IMG/VR virus record: IMGVR_UViG_3300025674_000015
Strand: one strand, 5' to 3'
Length of the DNA stretch: 64,000 nucleotides
Source: a virus
Part shown: in pieces, positions 30,513-39,314 of the stretch
Numbering within the stretch: the first letter of the stretch is position 1
Layout of the letters: each line of letters opens with the position of its first letter
Notes under the pieces: model-generated
The model's database searches: none
Seen by the model: only the letters and a program-made list of their open reading frames with translations
What the model was told of the DNA's origin: nothing
Translations under genes and position numbers: made by a program

Positions 30513-31345
30513 AAAAAGTTCGTCATAAACATAATAAGAAAAGAAATACCGCTTTTCTTTATGAGGCTTTGGTTCGTGAATTAACAGAGTCGGTTATAAA
30601 GAAAGATTTTGAAAGCAAAAAGAAAATTCTTTCTATTTTGAAAGAGTTTTTTAAAAAAGGCACCATGCTTAAAAAAGAGCTTGACATTTACAAAGCTCTT
30701 TATGAAACAAAAGAAGTTGATATTGCCAGTGCAGAAAAGATTTTGACTGAGGCGAAAAAGCAGCATAAGGTTGAAATTGACAAAACTCAACTTTTCAATG
30801 AACAAACAAGATTGATCAAAATGATCGCTTCAAGTTTGTCTAATAAGGTATTCAACAACTTTATTCCAAATTATCGTTCAATTGCAACAGTTTCGCAAAT
30901 GTTTGGAGATCTTCCGATCACTGATCGTGTTCTTTTAGAGCAAACAACGGTACGAAGAATGTCAACGATCTCTCTGATCAAAGAAGAGAAAGAAATCAAA
31001 CCAGTAACTCAATTAGCCTTTAAAACTTTCCTTAAGAAGTTTAATGAGTCTTACGGAGAGGAATTGGACGATTCTCAGAAAAAGCTTTTAGAGCAGTATG
31101 TTCTTTCTTACAGCGAAGATAATCCTGAATTTAAAATTCACATGAACGGCGTTATTTCAACTATCAAAGAAGAGATTGGCTTTATTTTGGAAAATGTAGA
31201 TTTAACTTTGGTAACAAAAGAAAGAATCAAAAAAGTGTACACAGTTGTTGAAGGTTTGGCAACAAAGCCAATCAACAAAGAAACAATCTCAAAGGTTTTG
31301 AAGGTTCAGAATCTGATCAAAGAGGTTAAGCAAAATGTCAATTAA
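30509..31345 (+). CDS. Head-module hypothetical protein
   Basis: KHNKKRNTAFLYEAL start; between portal and protease; ACTAGTTA at 30470. Confidence 0.65.
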   Translation: MKKVRHKHNKKRNTAFLYEALVRELTESVIKKDFESKKKILSILKEFFKKGTMLKKELDIYKALYETKEVDIASAEKILTEAKKQHKVEIDKTQLFNEQTRLIKMIASSLSNKVFNNFIPNYRSIATVSQMFGDLPITDRVLLEQTTVRRMSTISLIKEEKEIKPVTQLAFKTFLKKFNESYGEELDDSQKKLLEQYVLSYSEDNPEFKIHMNGVISTIKEEIGFILENVDLTLVTKERIKKVYTVVEGLATKPINKETISKVLKVQNLIKEVKQNVN

Positions 31346-31928
31346 AGTTAAAGTTGTAAAAGGCGATGGACCTATCGATGTTACTATCTATAAAAAGTCT
31401 GCCCCTTCTATCACAGTTAAGATTCCATTTGAGATTGACATTGCTAGGACAATCGATGGGCAGATCCTAGTGAAAGATCATCCAGAAATCGATATTGTTA
31501 TCGATCCTCTTAAGAATAAGATCATGACTATGAACAAAGAAGGTTTTGATTATGAATCTTATGGTCATTCTGATGAATTTTTCAATGCAATGCACAAAGC
31601 AAAAATTATTGAACCTGATTCTATCAAGGCTTCTAATGTCTTCGGTTCTTTTGAGGCTCTAATCAGAAAACCTATTTTGGATTCAGAAGATTCTCTTCAG
31701 CAAACTCTCTTAACTGTTGCTAGATTTATTGTTAAAGAAAGAGACTTCTTCAATTATACTTCCGATATTAAGAAAGAAATGGAAAAAAGATTGTTCGCAC
31801 CAGAAGACCACGAAACAACAGAGCTTGGAGAAATTCCACATGAAGAAGCAAAAGGCTCTATCGTTCCCGGCTTGGTGCGAAGATTTGGACAAGGTTACTA
31901 CTACATCTATGAAGGAAAACAAAAGTGA
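31335..31928 (+). CDS. Hypothetical protein
   Basis: 197 aa ORF in the head operon. Confidence 0.65.
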   Translation: MSIKVKVVKGDGPIDVTIYKKSAPSITVKIPFEIDIARTIDGQILVKDHPEIDIVIDPLKNKIMTMNKEGFDYESYGHSDEFFNAMHKAKIIEPDSIKASNVFGSFEALIRKPILDSEDSLQQTLLTVARFIVKERDFFNYTSDIKKEMEKRLFAPEDHETTELGEIPHEEAKGSIVPGLVRRFGQGYYYIYEGKQK

Positions 31929-32212
31929 AAGATATTCTTCTTTTTGTTTTGATTTCTTATGGAATGACACAGATTTTGGTCTATGGAAAGATTTTTGACA
32001 AGATTAGACCAAGTTATCATTTCTTTCATTGTTCTATGTGTGTTGGCTTTTGGGTTGGTTGTTTTTTATTTGGAACGAATCCATATTCACAACTATTTAA
32101 TTTTAAATGGAATTTGTTAAATATTTTCTATTTTGGTTGCTTAAGTTCTGGAACTTCATACGCATTATGCAATTTGTTTGGAGATTCTGGTTTTAGACTA
32201 GAGAGGAGTTAA
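31925..32212 (+). CDS. Small membrane protein with CxxC
   Basis: Hydrophobic; CSMCVGFWVG. Confidence 0.6.
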   Translation: MKDILLFVLISYGMTQILVYGKIFDKIRPSYHFFHCSMCVGFWVGCFLFGTNPYSQLFNFKWNLLNIFYFGCLSSGTSYALCNLFGDSGFRLERS

Positions 32213-32214
32213 TT

Positions 32215-32271
32215 ATGTTTTGCAAGAAGTGGATGCTTCAGCCTGTAAGACGCTGCAAAGGTGGTTGTTAG
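32215..32271 (+). CDS. Putative 18-aa Cys/basic peptide MFCKKWMLQPVRRCKGGC
   Basis: GAGGAG RBS upstream of ATG 32215; below the ORF-track cutoff. Confidence 0.45.
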   Translation: MFCKKWMLQPVRRCKGGC

Positions 32272-32299
32272 CTCGCGCCGCTAACGGCGGCATTTAATC

Positions 32300-32330
32300 A
32301 AAACAGCGGGGCTGATCCCGCTGTTTTTTT
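32300..32330 (+). terminator. Rho-independent terminator
   Basis: AAAACAGCGGG-GCTGAT-CCCGCTGTTTTTTT. Confidence 0.8.
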
Positions 32331-32347
32331 ATTAGGAATGACTAAGC

Positions 32348-32947
32348 ATGGATAAATTTTTGATTAGAGAGTTTTTTGAGCTTTGTCCGGATGGAACATG
32401 CCAAGATCTCTTAACAGAGTCGGAAAAAAGAAAAATCAGAGACGAAGGTGTTGTTTACCTGACCGGTGTAATCCAAGCTGCTGACATGTTGAATGGAAAC
32501 CAAAGAGTTTATCCAAAAAATATCTTAGCTAGAGAAATTGAAAACTACAAAAACCTTTGTAAAGAAAGAAGGTCGGTTGGTGAATTGGATCATCCAGATG
32601 ATTCTGTTGTTAACCTTCGAAATGTTTCTCATGTTGTTTTGGATTGCTGGTGGGATAACAATCGCGTTCTTGGAAAGATTGAAGTTTTGAATACTCCCTC
32701 TGGAAAGATTCTTAAATCTCTAATCGAAAGTGGAATCAAGCTTGGGATCTCTTCTCGTGGCTTGGGTTCTGTTCGGAAAGAAATGGGAAAGACAATTGTT
32801 GAAGACGACTTTCAGCTTATTTGCTTTGACATTGTTCAAGAGCCTAGCACCAACAAAGCTTTCTTAAGCTTAACTGAAAACAAAAAAGTAAAAACCTACT
32901 CCAAAGAAGACAAGATCAGTCGAGCTTTGGATGATATTTTGTTATAA
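32348..32947 (+). CDS. Prohead protease (T4 gp21-like)
   Basis: NGNQRVYP, GELDHP, VSH, GISSRGLGS, FDIVQEPS. Confidence 0.92.
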   Translation: MDKFLIREFFELCPDGTCQDLLTESEKRKIRDEGVVYLTGVIQAADMLNGNQRVYPKNILAREIENYKNLCKERRSVGELDHPDDSVVNLRNVSHVVLDCWWDNNRVLGKIEVLNTPSGKILKSLIESGIKLGISSRGLGSVRKEMGKTIVEDDFQLICFDIVQEPSTNKAFLSLTENKKVKTYSKEDKISRALDDILL

Positions 32948-32960
32948 GGAAACAAAAAAA

Positions 32961-33263
32961 ATGAAAATCTCAAAAAAACGTTTAAAACAAATCATCGCTG
33001 AAGAGTTGAATCTCCTAGAAGTGGAAGAGCCAAAGAAGAAAAAACCAAAAAAAGCGGGACCGGTCTCTATTCAAGGGTTGATCGACAACCTTTTTCCGCT
33101 CCTCTCCGGAGTCACATTATCTGACGCAGAAATAAAGATGTTTCATGACCTCATGAAAGCCATGGCACATGCTGGAAACGACCGTGATATCGCTAACGAT
33201 CCGGGGGTTCAAAGACGGTATGAGAAGTTCATGAGAGTCTTGACAAAAAAAGGTGAAGAATGA
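32961..33263 (+). CDS. Small protein with leader MKISKKRLKQIIAEEL
   Basis: AAGGA RBS; shared leader. Confidence 0.65.
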   Translation: MKISKKRLKQIIAEELNLLEVEEPKKKKPKKAGPVSIQGLIDNLFPLLSGVTLSDAEIKMFHDLMKAMAHAGNDRDIANDPGVQRRYEKFMRVLTKKGEE

Positions 33264-33619
33264 AAAAAGAAAAGTTGAAAAAACTGATCAAGCCAATTGT
33301 CTCTGAATGCATCACAGAGATTCTAATCCAAGAAGGTTTGGTTGCACGAGTTCTTTCTGAAGCTAAAAGGGTTGAAACACCAGCGCCTGTTAAGGCAGAA
33401 AAGAAAGAAAACAACCAAGAAAAACTCAAAGCAGCTAGACAAAGAATGTTAGAATCTATTGGAAAAGATGCTTACAATGGTATTGATTTGTTTGAAGGAA
33501 CTTCTCCTATTCGAGATTCTGGAGGTCATGGCGCTCTCCAAGGTACAGACCCGAACGATGCTGGCGTGGATTTATCTTCTTTGCCCGGTATGAGCAACTG
33601 GTCAGATTTGATTAAATAA
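33260..33619 (+). CDS. Head-module hypothetical protein
   Basis: MKKEKLKKLIKPIVSECITE leader-like start. Confidence 0.65.
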   Translation: MKKEKLKKLIKPIVSECITEILIQEGLVARVLSEAKRVETPAPVKAEKKENNQEKLKAARQRMLESIGKDAYNGIDLFEGTSPIRDSGGHGALQGTDPNDAGVDLSSLPGMSNWSDLIK

Positions 33620-33632
33620 GAAAGGAAGACAA

Positions 33633-33842
33633 ATGCCCGTCAACGTTGAAGTAAGACCCAAAAGAAATGAATCTTATGAAAGAATGATCAAAAGATTCAT
33701 GAAGAAAGTTAAGAAAGAAAGGCTTATTGAGCAGATCAAAGACAAAATGAGATACACAAAGAAAAGTGATCTTAAAAGAGAAAAAGCTAAAAGAGCCAAG
33801 AAAAGAATCGAAAAAGAAAAACGAAAACAACAAAACAATTGA
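33633..33842 (+). CDS. rpsU: Phage-encoded ribosomal protein bS21
   Basis: 69 aa basic; V.V...NESYERMIKRF.KKV.KE......K....Y.K.S..KR bS21 pattern. Confidence 0.75.
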   Translation: MPVNVEVRPKRNESYERMIKRFMKKVKKERLIEQIKDKMRYTKKSDLKREKAKRAKKRIEKEKRKQQNN

Positions 33843-33861
33843 TTTGTCTTAGGAGATAATA

Positions 33862-34296
33862 ATGGCGATTTATACAACTCCAAATAGTTGGGGTCGAACA
33901 AGAAGCCCAAAAAACTTGGCCGGCTCTCAAGGGGCAGAAGTGGATGTTGTTGCAGTTGGGACATTGACCGATGCAACTGATGGATATAAAACAGAGAATC
34001 AAAGATATCTTCATGTAATGTTGGTCGACAAGCACAACAGCACCAACTTGAGTGTTACGGTTTATGGATACAATCATGCTTTTGGAAAGTGGGCACCTTT
34101 AAACACCTTGGGTGTTGAAACCGGTGTTGACGGTACACCCGTTGTTGTAACCGTCGCAGACTCCCATACTGCTGAAGGTTCGCAGACTGCTAATCAGAGG
34201 GAAATGGTGACAGTTGAGATTGCCGGCGTTGATCGCGTTGCTTTTGTTGGAACAACTGCTGATGTTCGATGCTATGCAGCATGTAGTACATTTTAA
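33862..34296 (+). CDS. Hypothetical protein, probably head decoration
   Basis: Beta-rich, in head module, AGGAG RBS. Confidence 0.55.
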   Translation: MAIYTTPNSWGRTRSPKNLAGSQGAEVDVVAVGTLTDATDGYKTENQRYLHVMLVDKHNSTNLSVTVYGYNHAFGKWAPLNTLGVETGVDGTPVVVTVADSHTAEGSQTANQREMVTVEIAGVDRVAFVGTTADVRCYAACSTF

Positions 34297-34310
34297 CAAA
34301 GGAAAGTGAA

Positions 34311-35054
34311 ATGCCTTTTGTTTTTATAGGAAAAACTCAAACAGTTGATGGTGGAGACGGAGCAATTCAATTCCAAGGATCTACCACAACCCTCTCCGGG
34401 AATCAAAGTTTCAGAACAAATGAAACATCTGTTATTGTTAATAATAAACATCTTTCCTTGGACGGTGTTGTTGGAGAACTTGAAACTCCGGCAACTCTTT
34501 ATTTTTATTCTGGTGTTGAAGGTGGAGATAATATTCAAGTAGATGGAAATGGATTTCAAATTAACTCTTCTACTTCTGCTTATCTTAACGGCTCTACTAT
34601 TGGAGAGATCTCTGCCCAAGAAGTTGGCCTTTCTGGTTCCAATTCCGTTGCTCTACATTCGGATTCGGGCTTGGTTCATGTTAGTGCTTCCTCTGGTGTG
34701 CAGGTCACGGGCTCTTTGAAGGTTGTTGGTAAATTAACGACTACTTCTGGCCATATTCAAAACTATAGAGCGGCTGAAACAACTTCGATCACTGTGGAAA
34801 CAACCGATCATATTTTAGGTGTCAAGCCAACAACAGCAGGTGGAGAAGTAACAGTTAATCTTCCTGCTGCTGCTGATGCCGGCGCAGGTTATGTTCTTTT
34901 AATCAAAGATGTTGAAGGTGGAGCGGGGACCAATAATATTGTCGTTGACGCTTCTGAATTGGAAACAATTGATGGCTCTGCTACTTTTACTATTGGAACA
35001 AACTATGCAGCAGCTAACTTTTTCACTGATGGTTCTAATTGGTTTGTTTATTAA
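34311..35054 (+). CDS. Fibre/decoration-like virion protein
   Basis: C-terminal TVNLPAA...LIKD..G.A..NNI......ETIDG...TDGSNW domain typical of phage fibre proteins. Confidence 0.55.
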   Translation: MPFVFIGKTQTVDGGDGAIQFQGSTTTLSGNQSFRTNETSVIVNNKHLSLDGVVGELETPATLYFYSGVEGGDNIQVDGNGFQINSSTSAYLNGSTIGEISAQEVGLSGSNSVALHSDSGLVHVSASSGVQVTGSLKVVGKLTTTSGHIQNYRAAETTSITVETTDHILGVKPTTAGGEVTVNLPAAADAGAGYVLLIKDVEGGAGTNNIVVDASELETIDGSATFTIGTNYAAANFFTDGSNWFVY

Positions 35055-35069
35055 TAAAGGATTAAAGAA

Positions 35070-35828
35070 ATGGCTTATTTGATAGGCGGTGGTGGAACAT
35101 CACTCCCAGAATCTACAACAGGAGTTTTTGATGTTTTGGTCCCTAACTTAACTGGCGGCTGGCAAAGATTTAATAGAAAAATTGGGTATACTGATTATAA
35201 CGCTGATGAATGGACCACGGTAGAGACGATTGATGCATCCAGTACAGCAACAGTTACTCAAACTGGAAATACTATAGTTTTACAAATTGCTTCTCCATCT
35301 TCTGCGACTTCGCAAAATTTGGAAATTAAAAAAACCATAGAAGCTCCAAACTTTGTAGTTTTTGGTCATATTAAAACATCTGCAAATAACGTTGGATATC
35401 ATTTTGGTGGAAAGCCATTCGCCGGCGATACACAAACTAGAGATCTTTTTTATCAAGCAGCATCAACAGCAACAGGGGTCAACGTTGCAACTAAACGCAA
35501 CGCTTCCGAGTCATACCCCTCTTTAGGGACAACAACAAAAACAACAGGCAACTGGGTTGCTTTTTCAAAGTCCGGGGACGCAATGGGGATGTCTGTTAAT
35601 GGCACCCTTTCGACATCTGAAAGCCCTCAACTTACATTGGAAGACTTCACAAACTTTACCAGAACAAATATTAATTACAATACCACATCTTACCAGTACC
35701 GTGCCGGAACTACAGGTCAATATGATTCTCTAACGCAGAAGTATGTAATTACAATAAATCTAACCACTCCGGCAGCTACCGGAACTTATAGTGTTACAGT
35801 TAGTTATTTAGAGCAATTCTTGTTATAA
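35070..35828 (+). CDS. Thr/Ser-rich putative virion protein
   Basis: Composition and context. Confidence 0.5.
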   Translation: MAYLIGGGGTSLPESTTGVFDVLVPNLTGGWQRFNRKIGYTDYNADEWTTVETIDASSTATVTQTGNTIVLQIASPSSATSQNLEIKKTIEAPNFVVFGHIKTSANNVGYHFGGKPFAGDTQTRDLFYQAASTATGVNVATKRNASESYPSLGTTTKTTGNWVAFSKSGDAMGMSVNGTLSTSESPQLTLEDFTNFTRTNINYNTTSYQYRAGTTGQYDSLTQKYVITINLTTPAATGTYSVTVSYLEQFLL

Positions 35829-35840
35829 AAAGGAAATAAA

Positions 35841-36074
35841 ATGAGTCACCAAAAAGGATACGTTGTCGTAGATTCTGGAACAAATGCTTTGTTGTCCGGT
35901 CAGATGAATATAATGTCACAGGAAGAAGCTAATCGCTTTGTACAAAGCTTAACGGGTTCCGCTTCCGCAGTTGAATTGGTTGGGCTTTCAGAGCCATGGA
36001 ACCCAACGGCAGACCCTGCTCAAGTCTGGGTTTATGACCCTGCTACAAAGCTTTTAAATATTGAAACACCTTAA
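35841..36074 (+). CDS. Small hypothetical protein
   Basis: AAGGA RBS, 77 aa. Confidence 0.55.
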   Translation: MSHQKGYVVVDSGTNALLSGQMNIMSQEEANRFVQSLTGSASAVELVGLSEPWNPTADPAQVWVYDPATKLLNIETP

Positions 36075-36099
36075 CGTGTGGTGTTTATTAGAAATAACA

Positions 36100-36107
36100 A
36101 CTATTTA
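36100..36107 (+). promoter_or_regulatory. Putative late promoter ACTATTTA
   Basis: Intergenic, 35 nt before the scaffold ATG. Confidence 0.6.
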
Positions 36108-36141
36108 TTTATAAAATTTAAGTTAACTAGGAGTATAAAAC

Positions 36142-37260
36142 ATGTCTTCTATGCTAGAGCAAGCTATTATCGATGCAGAAGCATTAAGAGAAACAGCAAT
36201 CAAAAATGCTGAACAACAATTAATTGAGCAATATGCAGATCAGATCAAAGAAGCTGTTGACTCCATGTTGGAACAAGACGACCCCATGGGAGAGGATAAT
36301 CCCGAAAAAACCCCTGAAGAATCTAATCAGGCCGGAAACGTGCAGGGACTTCCTTCTGCTACTTTGCAAGACCCGGATGAAGAAGACGAAGAAGCTATTG
36401 AGCTTGAAGTTACCATGCCAAAAGACCCTGAGTCTTTATTGGATTTAAAAGATAAAAAAGGCCCTTCTAGTCTCCAAGAGTTTGTTTCTATTGATTTAGA
36501 TCTTCTTGAAGAGCAAATCAATCTTTTAGAAAAAGACTGCGCTAGTGGACATTCCAAATTGGAAGAAGAAGAGCCGGATGTTATCTTGGAAGACGATCTT
36601 GAAGAAGAAATTGAAATTGATGAAGAACTTGATATTCTTGAAGAAGAAGAATTCGAGATTGAAGATGGCGAAGACGATGAACTGGAACTGGAAGATGATG
36701 AAGAACTTTCTGCTCTTTTGGAAGAGCTTATTTTCGATGATGAAGAAGTCCCCCATGGCCATCTTGGCGCGCCAACTCCAAGAGAATATGAAGAAGAAGA
36801 TGACAAAGATAAGATCAGAGAATTAGCTGATTCCTTGGAAGATGAAAACCAAGATCTTAAAGAGCAAAATTACAGAAGAAAACAATCCTTGAAGAAACTT
36901 CAAGCAGATTTACATGAGCAGCAAAAAGTTAACGCTGCTCTTAAAGAACATTTAAACAATGTAAATGTTTCAAATGCAAAATTGTTGTACACGAATAAAG
37001 TTTTGAGTAGCACCTCCCTGAATGAGCGACAAAAAGTTAAAATTGTCGAAGCCATTTCAAAAACTGATTCCGTACAAGAAGCGAAGGTTATTTACGAAAC
37101 CCTTCAAAGCTCAGTGGGTTCGCAAGAGAAAAAGCAACCAAAATCACTTAGCGAAGCAGTATCTAGAAAACCTTCCCTGTTCTTGGCAAGAACCCAAGAA
37201 CGAAAGCAGCCTGCCCATCCTGAAACTAACAGGTGGAAAAAACTGGCTGGAATTAATTAA
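36142..37260 (+). CDS. Prohead scaffolding protein (T4 gp22-like)
   Basis: Very acidic coiled coil, many L-x-E sites, NAKLLYTNK, RWKKLAGI C-terminus, directly before capsid gene. Confidence 0.8.
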   Translation: MSSMLEQAIIDAEALRETAIKNAEQQLIEQYADQIKEAVDSMLEQDDPMGEDNPEKTPEESNQAGNVQGLPSATLQDPDEEDEEAIELEVTMPKDPESLLDLKDKKGPSSLQEFVSIDLDLLEEQINLLEKDCASGHSKLEEEEPDVILEDDLEEEIEIDEELDILEEEEFEIEDGEDDELELEDDEELSALLEELIFDDEEVPHGHLGAPTPREYEEEDDKDKIRELADSLEDENQDLKEQNYRRKQSLKKLQADLHEQQKVNAALKEHLNNVNVSNAKLLYTNKVLSSTSLNERQKVKIVEAISKTDSVQEAKVIYETLQSSVGSQEKKQPKSLSEAVSRKPSLFLARTQERKQPAHPETNRWKKLAGIN

Positions 37261-37282
37261 CTTTTAAAGGAGAAAAGAAAAA

Positions 37283-39130
37283 ATGTCTATTCTGAAAACT
37301 TTGACTGAAGGCATTGTCGAACGTGATCTCCAAAAAGAAGGTGCTGCTCTCTTGAACAAATGGGAGCGCACTGGTCTTTTGGAAGGTCTCGAAAAAGATT
37401 CCCAGCGACAGGGAATGGCTCGCCTTCTCGAAAACCAAGCAAAACAGCTTTTGAAAGAAGCTTCCTCCATGGCCGGTGGCGATGTTGAAGGTTTCTCTGC
37501 TGTTGCTTTCCCGATTGTCCGTCGCGTGTTTGCTTCTTTGATTGCAAACGACCTTGTTTCCGTTCAGCCCATGAGCCTCCCCTCTGGACTGATCTTCTTC
37601 TTGGATTTTAAATACGAAGATCCCCAAGCTGCCGGCTCGCGAAATGGTGTCGACGAAGGCGATTCCCTGTATGGTGGTGGAGTTGTGGCTAGCCAAATCA
37701 CTGGTGGTGTTTCCGACATCACTGAAGAAGGTGGTGGTTTCTACAACTTGGCCAACGCATTTTCTTCGCCCACTGGTTCTCTTGGGCTTACGGATGGCGG
37801 CGCAACGACTGCCGCTGCCATTTCGAATGATCACGTTTCGGACGCGCTAAACGGTAGTGATACTGTTTTGACTTCCGCTGGTGTTGCTATTAGCGCACTT
37901 TCGGAAGCGCAGAAGAAAGCTATCCGATTTGATCCGGATGTTTTGGCTTCGACTTCTACTGATATTATTAGCCTTGTTGTTGTTAAGCTTACGACTGCAA
38001 ACATGGCAAAAATCAACAAAGATATGCTGCCTTCCCTTGAGATTTATGCAGGCACGACCGCGCCCAATACCTTTGGTGGTGGTAATGCTCGCGTCATTCG
38101 TCGCCTTACGGAACTGGGCTATCGCGGCACCGATGGTGTTTTGAATGCCAGTTCAAAAGCGCAGCACATCTCTTTCTATGTTCAAGCCGACACCGGCGCT
38201 TCGATCGCACTCCAAGCTAGTCCTCGACTTCACTTCGCTCAAGTTGATGCATTTGAGAGTAGCAATGCTCTCGGTTCTGTCCGTGGCGCTGATACTTGGG
38301 GTCTTGAAGGCGCGGCTGACGCCAACACTAGTTTTGATGGCGTGAATCGCGGCTCTATCCCCGAAATCGACATTAAAGTTGATTCGATTGCTGTGACTGC
38401 AATCACCAAAAAGCTGAAAGCAAAATGGTCTCCGGAGCTTGGTCAAGACCTCAACGCATACCATAACTTGGATGCAGAAGTTGAACTTACCTCGATTCTT
38501 TCCGAGCAGATTGCTCTGGAAATCGACCGCGAGCTTTTGAACGACCTGATCAAAGGCGCAACTGCTGGTACTTACTACTGGTCGCGTTCTCCCGGTCTGT
38601 TTGTGAAGCGTGACACCGGCGTTGAGCTTGGTGCAGCCTCTGCTGCTCCCGACTTCACCGGTACTGTTTCCGAGTGGTACGAGACTCTGCTTGAGACCGT
38701 CAATGACGTGTCCGCTCAGATTCACCGTAAAACTCTCCGAGGTGGAGCAAACTTCCTTGTTACTTCTCCCGAAGTTGCAAACATCATGGAATTCACCTCT
38801 GGCTTCCGTGCTTCCGTGACTGCTGATGTTGACCGTGGTACTGCTGGTGCTTTCAAAACCGGTACCATCAGCAAGAAGTTCGACGTTTACGTTGATCCTT
38901 ACTTCCCCCGTAACCTGATCCTTGTTGGTCGCAAAGGAAACAACTTCCTTGAGTCTGGTTACGTTTACGCTCCTTACGTGCCACTGCAAGTCACTCCCAC
39001 CATCTTTGGTGTTGAAGACTTCGTGCCGCGCAAGGGTGTCATGACCCGATACGCCAAGAAGATGGTTCGTCCTGATTACTATGGTCTCGTCGTGGTGCGC
39101 GGACTCTTGGGTGAAGAAGGCGGTAGCTGA
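37283..39130 (+). CDS. Major capsid protein (T4 gp23-like)
   Basis: LLENQ, VSVQPMSLPSGLIFFLDF, KLKAKWSPELGQDLNAYH, YAPYVPL, MTRYA; highly biased codons. Confidence 0.95.
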   Translation: MSILKTLTEGIVERDLQKEGAALLNKWERTGLLEGLEKDSQRQGMARLLENQAKQLLKEASSMAGGDVEGFSAVAFPIVRRVFASLIANDLVSVQPMSLPSGLIFFLDFKYEDPQAAGSRNGVDEGDSLYGGGVVASQITGGVSDITEEGGGFYNLANAFSSPTGSLGLTDGGATTAAAISNDHVSDALNGSDTVLTSAGVAISALSEAQKKAIRFDPDVLASTSTDIISLVVVKLTTANMAKINKDMLPSLEIYAGTTAPNTFGGGNARVIRRLTELGYRGTDGVLNASSKAQHISFYVQADTGASIALQASPRLHFAQVDAFESSNALGSVRGADTWGLEGAADANTSFDGVNRGSIPEIDIKVDSIAVTAITKKLKAKWSPELGQDLNAYHNLDAEVELTSILSEQIALEIDRELLNDLIKGATAGTYYWSRSPGLFVKRDTGVELGAASAAPDFTGTVSEWYETLLETVNDVSAQIHRKTLRGGANFLVTSPEVANIMEFTSGFRASVTADVDRGTAGAFKTGTISKKFDVYVDPYFPRNLILVGRKGNNFLESGYVYAPYVPLQVTPTIFGVEDFVPRKGVMTRYAKKMVRPDYYGLVVVRGLLGEEGGS

Positions 39131-39161
39131 TAATAATCACCTGATTGTTTTATAATTTTAT

Positions 39162-39193
39162 GAGCCCACTTAGAATTCTAAGTGGGCTTTTTT
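39162..39193 (+). terminator. Rho-independent terminator after the capsid gene
   Basis: AGCCCACTTAGAATTCTAAGTGGGCT perfect palindrome followed by a T run. Confidence 0.85.
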
Positions 39194-39216
39194 ATTATTA
39201 GTCAACTAATTAAAGT

Positions 39217-39314
39217 TAACTTGTGATTGTTCTCCTAGGTTGAGGCCACTAACCTTTGAAGGAGCATGCTCGAAGTGGCTGGGCATGTTTCGTGAAAACT
39301 CAAGTTATCGATAA
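39217..39314 (+). ncRNA. Candidate structured RNA (multi-way junction with complementary loops)
   Basis: P1 TAACTTG/CAAGTTA; P2 CTCCT/AGGAG plus AGGTT/AACCT; P3 CATGCTC/GGGCATG; loops GGCCACT and AGTGGCT complementary; ACTAATTA late motif at 39205. Confidence 0.55.

Noticed and set aside
32269-32360. UAG read-through (Pyl/Sec-like) at the hairpin after the 18-aa ORF
   Set aside because: Read-through is out of frame with the protease and yields no recognisable product
36327-36806. Poly-Ser minus-strand ORF
   Set aside because: Reverse complement of GAA/GAT-rich acidic scaffold codons
38153-38989. 278-aa minus-strand ORF
   Set aside because: Antisense shadow of the major capsid gene
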